Of a stretch of 64,000 nt of DNA, positions 56,268 to 64,000 are shown in pieces. Positions within the stretch are counted from its first letter, which is position 1; every line of letters starts with the position of its first letter. The DNA lies in NCBI RefSeq assembly GCF_009931435.1, contig NZ_CP043414.1, one strand, 5' to 3'. Below the pieces are notes generated by a model. It saw only the letters and a program-made list of their open reading frames with translations. It was not told the DNA's origin and searched no databases. Position numbers and translations under genes: made by a program. This stretch comes from Escherichia coli (lineage in GTDB: Bacteria > Pseudomonadota > Gammaproteobacteria > Enterobacterales > Enterobacteriaceae).

Positions 56268-58046
56268 ATGGAGCTTGCTACTACGCAGTCAGTATTGATG
56301 CAAATTCAACCGACAATTCAGCGTTTTGCCAGAATGCTTGCCAGCGTTTTGCAGCTTGAGGTTGAGATCGTTGATGAAAACTTGTGTCGCGTCGCCGGAA
56401 CGGGCGCGTATGGGAAGTTTCTTGGCCGCCAGTTGAGCGGCAACTCACGCCTGCTCCGCCACGTCCTGGAAACGAAAACTGAAAAAGTTGTGACACAGTC
56501 TCGCTTCGATCCCCTTTGCGAAGGTTGCGATAATAAAGATAATTGTCGCGAAAAAGCATTTCTGGGTACGCCTGTCATTTTACAGGATCGTTGTGTTGGG
56601 GTGATAAGTTTGATTGCAGTTACCCACGAGCAACAAGAACATATCAGTGATAATTTACGCGAGTTTTCTGATTACGTTCGCCATATATCCACCATTTTTG
56701 TTTCGAAACTTCTGGAGGATCAGGGACCAGGAGATAACATCAGTAAAATATTCGCGACCATGATCGATAATATGGATCAGGGCGTATTAGTTGTTGATGA
56801 CGATAATCGGGTTCAGTTTGTTAATCAGACGGCCTTAAAAACACTCGGTGTTGTGCAAAATAATATTATTGGGAAACCTATCCGTTTCAGACCATTAACA
56901 TTTGAGAGTAATTTTACCCACGGACATATGCAACATATTGTTTCGTGGGACGATAAAAGTGAATTAATCATTGGCCAATTGCATAACATTCAGGGCAGAC
57001 AATTATTTTTAATGGCGTTTCACCAATCGCATACCAGTTTTTCTGTAGCAAATGCACCTGATGAACCGCATATTGAACAATTGGTTGGCGAGTGCCGTGT
57101 TATGCGGCAATTAAAACGACTCATTAGCCGTATTGCGCCCAGCCCATCCAGCGTTATGGTGGTTGGTGAAAGCGGCACGGGTAAAGAAGTCGTCGCGCGT
57201 GCAATCCATAAGTTGAGTGGAAGACGAAATAAACCCTTTATTGCTATCAACTGTGCCGCGATTCCTGAACAACTTCTGGAGAGCGAACTATTCGGTTATG
57301 TTAAAGGCGCATTTACTGGCGCTTCAGCCAACGGTAAAACAGGGTTGATTCAGGCGGCGAATACGGGCACGCTGTTTCTCGATGAAATTGGTGATATGCC
57401 ATTAATGTTGCAGGCTAAATTACTGCGCGCTATTGAGGCGCGTGAAATACTGCCGATTGGTGCCAGTAGCCCAATTCAGGTCGACATCCGAATCATTTCT
57501 GCAACTAACCAGAATTTGGCCCAGTTCATTGCCGAAGGTAAATTCCGCGAAGATCTCTTCTACCGACTCAATGTTATCCCGATCACTCTTCCACCGCTGC
57601 GTGAACGTCAGGAAGATATTGAACTGCTGGTACATTACTTTTTACATCTGCATACCCGTCGTCTGGGATCGGTTTATCCTGGCATTGCTCCCGATGTCGT
57701 CGAGATATTGCGTAAGCATCGTTGGCCCGGAAACCTGCGCGAGTTAAGCAATTTAATGGAATATCTGGTTAACGTTGTTCCTTCAGGTGAAGTTATCGAC
57801 AGCACGCTATTGCCTCCAAATTTGCTGAATAATGGCACAACGGAGCAAAGTGATGTAACAGAGGTCAGCGAGGCGCACTTGGCACTCGATGATGCGGGCG
57901 GCACGGCGCTGGAGGAGATGGAAAAGCAAATGATCCGCGAGGCGCTTTCACGTCATAGCAGCAAGAAGCAAGTTGCTGATGAACTGGGTATCGGCATTGC
58001 TACGCTCTATCGCAAGATAAAGAAATATGAGTTGTTAAACGCATAA
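56268..58046 (+). CDS. ygeV: Sigma54-dependent transcriptional activator (bacterial enhancer-binding protein) with N-terminal sensor region, AAA+ domain and C-terminal HTH
   Basis: Track ORF 592 aa; Walker A GESGTGKE, GAFTGA sigma54-contact motif, C-terminal HTH. Confidence 0.9.
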   Translation: MELATTQSVLMQIQPTIQRFARMLASVLQLEVEIVDENLCRVAGTGAYGKFLGRQLSGNSRLLRHVLETKTEKVVTQSRFDPLCEGCDNKDNCREKAFLGTPVILQDRCVGVISLIAVTHEQQEHISDNLREFSDYVRHISTIFVSKLLEDQGPGDNISKIFATMIDNMDQGVLVVDDDNRVQFVNQTALKTLGVVQNNIIGKPIRFRPLTFESNFTHGHMQHIVSWDDKSELIIGQLHNIQGRQLFLMAFHQSHTSFSVANAPDEPHIEQLVGECRVMRQLKRLISRIAPSPSSVMVVGESGTGKEVVARAIHKLSGRRNKPFIAINCAAIPEQLLESELFGYVKGAFTGASANGKTGLIQAANTGTLFLDEIGDMPLMLQAKLLRAIEAREILPIGASSPIQVDIRIISATNQNLAQFIAEGKFREDLFYRLNVIPITLPPLRERQEDIELLVHYFLHLHTRRLGSVYPGIAPDVVEILRKHRWPGNLRELSNLMEYLVNVVPSGEVIDSTLLPPNLLNNGTTEQSDVTEVSEAHLALDDAGGTALEEMEKQMIREALSRHSSKKQVADELGIGIATLYRKIKKYELLNA

Positions 58047-58055
58047 CCTCAGTAA

Positions 58056-58085
58056 ATCCGGCCTGAGTTCAGGCCGGATATCCTT
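58056..58085 (+). terminator. Terminator hairpin after ygeV (bidirectional with xdhC)
   Basis: atccggcctgagttcaggccggat followed by T-rich tail. Confidence 0.65.
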
Positions 58086-58565
58086 TTACTTCGTTTTCTC
58101 GCAATCCAGAACTGTATTTACAATCATCTGATACCCCGTGCAGCGACAAAGATTTCCCGCCAGGCCGCGACGAATCTCCGTAATAGTTAATGGCTTCTCG
58201 CGTGGTTTCGCCAGCATTGCCGTGGTAGCCATAATCAGGCCAGGCGTACAAAACCCGCACTGCACCGCGCCGGATTTCGCATAAGCTTGCTGGACATGAG
58301 AAAGTTTTCCGCCTTTCGCTTCACCTTCCAGCGTGCGGATTTCTTTGCCTTCAGCCCAGGCGGCAAGGTATAAGCAACTGTCTATCGCAGTACCGTCGAC
58401 CAGCACCGTACAGGCACCACATTCACCCACGCAGCAACCTTGCTTGACGCTTAGCAGCCCTTGTTCGCGGAGTAATTCCGAGAGCGGCGTGCCTGGCGCG
58501 GCGTGAAGCTGAAAAGGTATCCCGTTAATGGTGCATGCGATGGTAATTGTTTCGCTGTGATTCAT
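58086..58565 (-). CDS. xdhC: Xanthine dehydrogenase Fe-S subunit (two 2Fe-2S clusters)
   Basis: Track ORF 159 aa; Cys motifs CxxGxCGxC and CGFC. Confidence 0.9.
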   Translation of the reverse strand: MNHSETITIACTINGIPFQLHAAPGTPLSELLREQGLLSVKQGCCVGECGACTVLVDGTAIDSCLYLAAWAEGKEIRTLEGEAKGGKLSHVQQAYAKSGAVQCGFCTPGLIMATTAMLAKPREKPLTITEIRRGLAGNLCRCTGYQMIVNTVLDCEKTK

Positions 58566-59440
58566 TGCAATTTTCCCCCCGCCGCGGCGACGGCTTCGCT
58601 AATCACTTTTTTAGTCATCGTCTGGATGAGATGCAGACGAAACTCTTTGCTGGCCCGCCATGAAGAACGCGGGGCGACATCCTGCAGGACTGATTCGCTG
58701 ATGGCTTCCAGCGTTTGCAGGTTTAATGGCGCATTTTGTGCAGTTTGTTCGGCATGTTGGCAGCGAATCGGCGTTGGCGCGGCAACGCCAAATGCCAGGC
58801 GTAATTCGCTGAAATTGCCGTTATCCAGTCGGCAATGTGCGGCACAGCCAATCGTTGAAATATCCATCGCATCGCGCATGGCATATTTAAAATGGGCGCT
58901 GCCTGCGTGTTCTTTCGGCTGGGGCGGAAAATGAAAGGCGACAAGGATTTCGTCATGCTCAAGGGATACTTTGCCCGGTCCGGTGTGGAAGCCATTAATC
59001 GGGACGAAATGAACACCGCGCGGGGAGTGGATCTCCAGCTTCGCATCATAAATTAGCGTTGGCGTGGCAGAATCCGCGCTGGTGGCTCCATTGCAAATAT
59101 TTCCTCCGTAGGTAGCGACGTTACGGATCTGCGGTCCAGCAATGGACGAGGCCGCAGCACATAACGCCGGGAGATGACGTTGAGTTACAGGATCTTCAAT
59201 GAGCTGGGTAAATGTCGTTGCTGAGCCGATGCGTAGCGAGTCATCTTCCGCTAGCGTAATTCCACGAAGCTCCGTCAGATTGTGGATATCAACAATATGG
59301 CGATAACGGTCATTGTGATGGTGGAGCTGAATCAGTACGTCAGTGCCACCGGCGAGCAGTTTGGCCTGTGGGTTGTCAGCCAGCAGGTTTATTGCATCGG
59401 CAAGGGATGCTGCGCGATGGTAAGAAGCAAAATCAAACAT
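58562..59440 (-). CDS. xdhB: Xanthine dehydrogenase FAD-binding subunit
   Basis: Track ORF 292 aa; 4-nt overlap with xdhC. Confidence 0.9.
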   Translation of the reverse strand: MFDFASYHRAASLADAINLLADNPQAKLLAGGTDVLIQLHHHNDRYRHIVDIHNLTELRGITLAEDDSLRIGSATTFTQLIEDPVTQRHLPALCAAASSIAGPQIRNVATYGGNICNGATSADSATPTLIYDAKLEIHSPRGVHFVPINGFHTGPGKVSLEHDEILVAFHFPPQPKEHAGSAHFKYAMRDAMDISTIGCAAHCRLDNGNFSELRLAFGVAAPTPIRCQHAEQTAQNAPLNLQTLEAISESVLQDVAPRSSWRASKEFRLHLIQTMTKKVISEAVAAAGGKLQ

Positions 59441-59450
59441 GATGTTATCC

Positions 59451-61709
59451 TCAAATCAATCCTGCCAGATGGAACTCTTCATATAACCGTTTTGGCGTCA
59501 GCGGCAGTGTATTGATTGCAACACCGGTAGCCATTTTCACCGCGTTACGAATAGCAGCGGCAACAGGAATTATTGGTGGCTCACCCAGTGACTTATGTCC
59601 GTATGCGGATTGCGGCTCATTGATTTCGACGAACGCGCTTTCCAGTTGTGGCAGATCTGGCATGGTCGGCATTTTGTAATCCAGCAGATTGGGGTTACGG
59701 ACCACGCCGCTTTTCGCATCGATGATCATTTCTTCAAATAGCGCCCAGCCAATGCCCATCCCCATTCCGCCGTGTACCTGACCTTCTGCCAGCAACGGAT
59801 TAAGAATATGACCCGAATCATGAACGTTGAGGATGCGGTTGATGGTGACTTTGCACAGCGCAATATCGACCGTCAGATCAACAAAGGTACAGCCAAATGC
59901 TGGTGGGTTAGTGGTGGTTTTGATGGAGCTTTCGGCAGAGAGCTGCCCGCCGCGTTCAGGGTGGTAGAAAGCGTCCATCGCCAAATCTTTTAACGACAAT
60001 AACGATTCTTCCGGTCGTTCAACCAGCACGATATGGCCTTTTATTAGGGTCAGATTCATCGCTGACTGATGTAGCATGACAGCGGCGTGAGCGATGATTT
60101 TTTCTTTTAATAACAGTGCCGCACTGCGCAATGCAGGCGCGGCAACATAGCTCTGGCGTGAGGCAAATGCGCCGGGATCGAACGGCGTAACGTCGGTATC
60201 TTGTGTTGAAATAACGCGAACGTCGCTGACCGGAACCCCTACGGTTTCTGCCACCATTTGCGAGAACACGGTGTCGGCACCCTGGCCGATTTCCGTCGCG
60301 CCGCTTTGCACATTGATGGTTCCATCCTGATTCATCAGAAGGCGCGCGCCGGCTATTTCTACGCCGACAGGCCAGGTGTTAGAGGTGTAGCTAAAACAGG
60401 CGACGCCAACGCCGCGGCGTAAATTGCCTTGCTGGTTCTGGCATTCTGCACGGCGTTTTTCCCATTCAAAGATTTTCCGGCCTTTTTCAAGACACTCCGG
60501 CAACCCTGCGCTGTAAATACGTTTGCCCGTGAGCGGATTAGCATCTCCTTCGCGGGCGGCGTTGCGTAAACGAATTTCAATAGGATCAATATTTAACGCT
60601 GTCGCGGCGTCATCAAGCATTGACTCAACGGCAAATACGACTTGTGGCGCGCCATAACCGCGCATCGCTCCAGCCGAGGGGAGGTTGGTATAAAAGGTCT
60701 TTGAACTGTAAGCGTAGGCACAACGAGGATAAAGGTAAGCGACTTTATTCCCGCCCGCAGAAGCGATGGAGTGCCCGTGAGATGCATAAGCGCCTGTGTT
60801 AGACAGAACATCCAGACTATAGCCTTTCAACGTTCCGTCTCGGTTTACGCCCATTTGCCCGTCAATAGTAAAAGCGTGGCGGGTACGGGTTGCGAGGAAA
60901 CACTCTTCACGGCTAAGGGAAACTTTCACCGGAATGCCGCCGAGCTTGCTGGTCAGAAAAGCCGCCATGGGCTCTTCCAGCACATCCTGTTTATTACCAA
61001 AACCGCCACCGACAAACGGTTTGATGACTCGTACGCATGACCAGGGAATACCCAGCGCCTGACCAACCACGCGGCGAACAATGTGCGGGATCTGGGTGCT
61101 GGAAACGATGGTAATTCGAGAGTCATCCTCCATCCATGCCAGCGATGTCACGCTTTCCATATGACAATGTTGAATAACGGGAGTCTGATAGTGCCCCTGC
61201 ACCTGGTAATCGGCGGCATCGATTGTTTGTTGGACATTACCCGTCGACATCGAGCTTTGTTTTAGTAAATTGCCGCCGTTATGGATTGGTGCAGCGTCAT
61301 CTGCCAGCGCCGCTTCTGGCGTGGTGATAACGGGTAATTCTTGCCACTCAATGCTGACCAATTGCGCCGCTTTTTCTGCCGTGAGTTCATCACGGGCCAC
61401 GACGATGGCAACGGCGTCACCATGATGACGAACATGGCGAGTTAGCAGTGCGCGATCGGCGGTATCGCGCTTGTTTTCGTCAAGTGTCCAGGCATGCCCA
61501 GCTGTAGCGAATGGGATATCAGGTACATCTTCCCAGGTAAAAATTGCCAGTACGCCTGGTAAACTTCTGGCTTGTTCATCATTAATACTTACGGCATAAC
61601 CATGTGCGATAGGGCTACGTACATATTTCGCGTAACACATGCCCGCCATAACATAATCGTCAGTATATCGTGCCCGCCCAGTGACCTTAGCAATGGCATC
61701 GACGCGCAT
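59451..61709 (-). CDS. xdhA: Xanthine dehydrogenase molybdenum-binding subunit
   Basis: Track ORF 59451..61748; recognised start MRVDAIAKVTGRARYTDDY at internal ATG; 752 aa. Confidence 0.9.
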   Translation of the reverse strand: MRVDAIAKVTGRARYTDDYVMAGMCYAKYVRSPIAHGYAVSINDEQARSLPGVLAIFTWEDVPDIPFATAGHAWTLDENKRDTADRALLTRHVRHHGDAVAIVVARDELTAEKAAQLVSIEWQELPVITTPEAALADDAAPIHNGGNLLKQSSMSTGNVQQTIDAADYQVQGHYQTPVIQHCHMESVTSLAWMEDDSRITIVSSTQIPHIVRRVVGQALGIPWSCVRVIKPFVGGGFGNKQDVLEEPMAAFLTSKLGGIPVKVSLSREECFLATRTRHAFTIDGQMGVNRDGTLKGYSLDVLSNTGAYASHGHSIASAGGNKVAYLYPRCAYAYSSKTFYTNLPSAGAMRGYGAPQVVFAVESMLDDAATALNIDPIEIRLRNAAREGDANPLTGKRIYSAGLPECLEKGRKIFEWEKRRAECQNQQGNLRRGVGVACFSYTSNTWPVGVEIAGARLLMNQDGTINVQSGATEIGQGADTVFSQMVAETVGVPVSDVRVISTQDTDVTPFDPGAFASRQSYVAAPALRSAALLLKEKIIAHAAVMLHQSAMNLTLIKGHIVLVERPEESLLSLKDLAMDAFYHPERGGQLSAESSIKTTTNPPAFGCTFVDLTVDIALCKVTINRILNVHDSGHILNPLLAEGQVHGGMGMGIGWALFEEMIIDAKSGVVRNPNLLDYKMPTMPDLPQLESAFVEINEPQSAYGHKSLGEPPIIPVAAAIRNAVKMATGVAINTLPLTPKRLYEEFHLAGLI

Positions 61710-61802
61710 GCATGATTCACCCGTAGCGGTTGCTTCCCGCGCTTCCATAGAAATCCCCTCGATTTGAACATTTGGTTCTTATGGCAAAGATTTAGTCTAA
61801 GC

Positions 61803-61819
61803 AGGCAAGATTTACGCCA
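61803..61819 (-). promoter_or_regulatory. Candidate sigma54 promoter for xdhABC: minus strand CTGGCGTAAATCTTGCC (TGGC-N8-TTGC spacing exact)
   Basis: Read directly: reverse complement of ggcaagatttacgccag; ~90 nt upstream of xdhA ATG; sigma54 EBP gene ygeV adjacent. Confidence 0.5.
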
Positions 61820-62163
61820 GAAACGACGATAAACGTTAGGGGAGGAAGGAAGTGTGATGACGTTAAAAAAATACAGATACGATACGAAACAGGACCCTGA
61901 ATAGGGACAGTGATACGTATCAATATGAGTGGCGATAAAATCAATGTGATAAATCAGGATTATTACGCATCAGGATGGGAAATAGGGTAAAAGAGTCAGG
62001 AACTTCGATACCACCACAGCAAATATTTTGCTTATGATACTTCCCTTTGCCAAATGAAATTAATCTCTTTCTCAATTACCTCGTTTTTCCAGAAGCGAGA
62101 GATTGGGTATCCAGAGGCTGGCTGCTATGATATGGCGTCTTGTTTTTTAAGCGAGGAAAGATT

Positions 62164-62916
62164 TTGAGTGCGGGACGCCTGAATAAAAAATCTCTGGGTA
62201 TCGTGATGTTGTTATCGGTTGGACTGCTTATGGCGGGCTGTTCGGGTAGCAAATCATCCGATACAGGAACGTATTCCGGCTCCGTTTACACCGTGAAACG
62301 GGGGGATACGCTATATCGTATTTCGCGCACCACGGGAACCAGCGTAAAAGAGCTGGCGCGGCTGAACGGCATTTCCCCCCCTTACACCATTGAAGTTGGT
62401 CAGAAACTAAAACTGGGTGGGGCGAAAAGTAGCAGTACACGTAAATCAACCGCCAAATCAACGACCAAAACCGCATCGGTTACACCGTCATCAGCAGTAC
62501 CAAAATCTTCCTGGCCGCCAGTAGGGCAACGTTGTTGGTTATGGCCAACGACAGGGAAAGTTATCATGCCGTATTCGACAGCTGATGGCGGCAATAAAGG
62601 GATTGATATCTCAGCTCCACGGGGTACACCTATTTACGCCGCGGGTGCAGGAAAGGTGGTGTATGTGGGCAACCAGCTGCGTGGCTACGGTAATCTCATC
62701 ATGATTAAACACAGTGAAGATTACATTACGGCTTACGCCCATAATGACACGATGCTGGTAAATAATGGGCAAAGCGTGAAGGCTGGGCAAAAAATCGCCA
62801 CTATGGGGAGCACTGATGCGGCATCGGTTCGCCTGCATTTCCAGATTCGTTACCGTGCAACGGCAATTGATCCGCTACGTTACTTGCCGCCTCAGGGCAG
62901 CAAGCCAAAATGCTGA
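62164..62916 (+). CDS. ygeR: LysM-domain / M23 (LytM) peptidase-family lipoprotein
   Basis: Track ORF 62140..62916; likely TTG start giving (M)SAGRLNKKSLGIVMLLSVGLLMAGCSGS lipobox; LysM motif YTVKRGDTLYRISR; M23 C-terminal domain. Start codon uncertain (62140 or 62164). Confidence 0.85.
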   Translation: MSAGRLNKKSLGIVMLLSVGLLMAGCSGSKSSDTGTYSGSVYTVKRGDTLYRISRTTGTSVKELARLNGISPPYTIEVGQKLKLGGAKSSSTRKSTAKSTTKTASVTPSSAVPKSSWPPVGQRCWLWPTTGKVIMPYSTADGGNKGIDISAPRGTPIYAAGAGKVVYVGNQLRGYGNLIMIKHSEDYITAYAHNDTMLVNNGQSVKAGQKIATMGSTDAASVRLHFQIRYRATAIDPLRYLPPQGSKPKC

Positions 62917-62994
62917 TGGCGAATTAATCAGCAGTCAGCAGCGCGGCACTTGCTAAGGAGAGCGTAAGGTTTATAATGCCTTACGCATCTCGAA

Positions 62995-63068
62995 GCGGGC
63001 GTAGTTCAATGGTAGAACGAGAGCTTCCCAAGCTCTATACGAGGGTTCGATTCCCTTCGCCCGCTCCA
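62995..63068 (+). tRNA. glyU: tRNA-Gly (anticodon CCC)
   Basis: GCGGGCGTAGTTCAATGGTAGAACGAGAGCTTCCCAAGCTCTATACGAGGGTTCGATTCCCTTCGCCCGCTCCA: 7-bp acceptor stem, anticodon loop CTTCCCAAG, T-loop GGTTCGATTCC, encoded CCA end. Confidence 0.95.
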
Positions 63069-63301
63069 ATTTATCTTCACCTCATCAATCTGCCATTTTT
63101 GCTGTATCTGATTTTCTATATTATCTTAATTCAATTGCTTCAGACTTTTCACAATCGCTGTAACACTTCCCCATTTTTTTGTAAATAAAAAGCGTTTACG
63201 CAATGCAATCCTTTTGTAACAACCCAGGTAAAATACCTTATTTTCAAGTTGTTAAATAAGTGGTTATCTACGCTTTTAACAAACGATAGATGGAATATTT
63301 T

Positions 63302-64000
63302 ATGAAAGGGAAATCTGCATTAACTCTTCTGCTCGCTGGTATATTTTCATGCGGCACATGCCAGGCGACAGGGGCAGAAGTGACGAGTGAATCTGTATTT
63401 AACATTCTTAATTCCACAGGGGCGGCAACTGATAAAAGTTATTTATCGTTAAATCCAGATAAGTATCCTAATTATCGTCTTCTGATTCACTCAGCCAAAT
63501 TAAAAAATGAAATAAAGAGCCACTATACCAAAGACGAAATTCAAGGATTGTTAACATTAACAGAAAATACACGAAAGTTAACGTTGACGGAGAAACCCTG
63601 GGGAACATTTATTCTTGCTTCTACTTTCGAAGATGACAAAACAGCGGCAGAAACCCACTATGATGCTGTCTGGCTGAGGGATAGTTTATGGGGCTATATG
63701 GCATTAGTATCAGATCAGGGAAATAGTGTAGCCGCAAAAAAGGTTCTGCTCACTCTGTGGGATTATATGTCTACGCCCGACCAGATTAAGCGGATGCAGG
63801 ACGTCATTAGCAACCCAAAACGACTGGATGGTATTCCTGGGCAAATGAATGCTGTGCATATCCGATTTGACAGCAACTCCCCCGTGATGGCAGATGTGCA
63901 GGAAGAAGGCAAGCCGCAGCTGTGGAACCATAAACAAAATGATGCGTTAGGTCTTTATCTTGATCTCCTTATACAAGCAATCAATACTGGTACTATTAAC
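63302..64000 (+). CDS. Putative secreted/lipoprotein with GH15 (glucoamylase-like) N-terminal signature, 5-prime partial (continues beyond window)
   Basis: ATG at 63302, open to window end; signal peptide MKGKSALTLLLAGIFSCGTC; conserved-looking WLRDS motif; AT-rich codon usage unlike the core genes. Not in ORF track because edge-truncated. Confidence 0.6.
   Translation, partial: MKGKSALTLLLAGIFSCGTCQATGAEVTSESVFNILNSTGAATDKSYLSLNPDKYPNYRLLIHSAKLKNEIKSHYTKDEIQGLLTLTENTRKLTLTEKPWGTFILASTFEDDKTAAETHYDAVWLRDSLWGYMALVSDQGNSVAAKKVLLTLWDYMSTPDQIKRMQDVISNPKRLDGIPGQMNAVHIRFDSNSPVMADVQEEGKPQLWNHKQNDALGLYLDLLIQAINTGTIN

Noticed and set aside
62976-63188. 70-aa plus-strand ORF
   Set aside because: Overlaps tRNA-Gly (62995-63068); the tRNA call is far better supported.

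Overview
This window is a chromosomal segment of an Escherichia coli-type genome, syntenic with the K-12 64-66 min region in reverse orientation. The first ~29 kb is conserved housekeeping sequence: sbm (3-prime truncated by the window edge), argP, rpiA, serA, the ibsC/sibC type I toxin-antitoxin locus, ygfA-ssrS(6S RNA)-zapA, ygfB-pepP-ubiH-ubiI, gcvTHP, ygfF, bglA, yqfB, yqfA, ygfZ, sdhE/cptA, fldB, xerD-dsbC-recJ-prfB-lysS and idi. Positions ~29.4-61.7 kb hold one contiguous ~32 kb purine-salvage/catabolism supercluster: nucleobase transporters (uacT, ghxQ, xanQ), guaD, three molybdenum-hydroxylase sets (xdhABC, xdhD-ygfM, ygfK-ssnA), Fe-S/flavin electron-transfer proteins (ygfT, ygfS), mocA, the selenium-dependent-hydroxylase marker pair yqeB/yqeC, a ring-opening/carbamate module (ygeW-ygeX-ygeY-hyuA-yqeA) and the sigma54 enhancer-binding regulator ygeV. 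The window ends with ygeR, tRNA-Gly (CCC) and the start of an AT-rich island carrying a GH15-like lipoprotein gene. The most interesting signal is de novo: sigma54-type -24/-12 elements and recurring TGATA/TATCA palindromes upstream of the xdhA, ygfK and ygeW transcription units, consistent with a YgeV-controlled regulon. No CRISPR array, IS element or prophage was seen. All coordinates are hand-counted and may be off by 1-2 nt; all family assignments are from memory, not searches.
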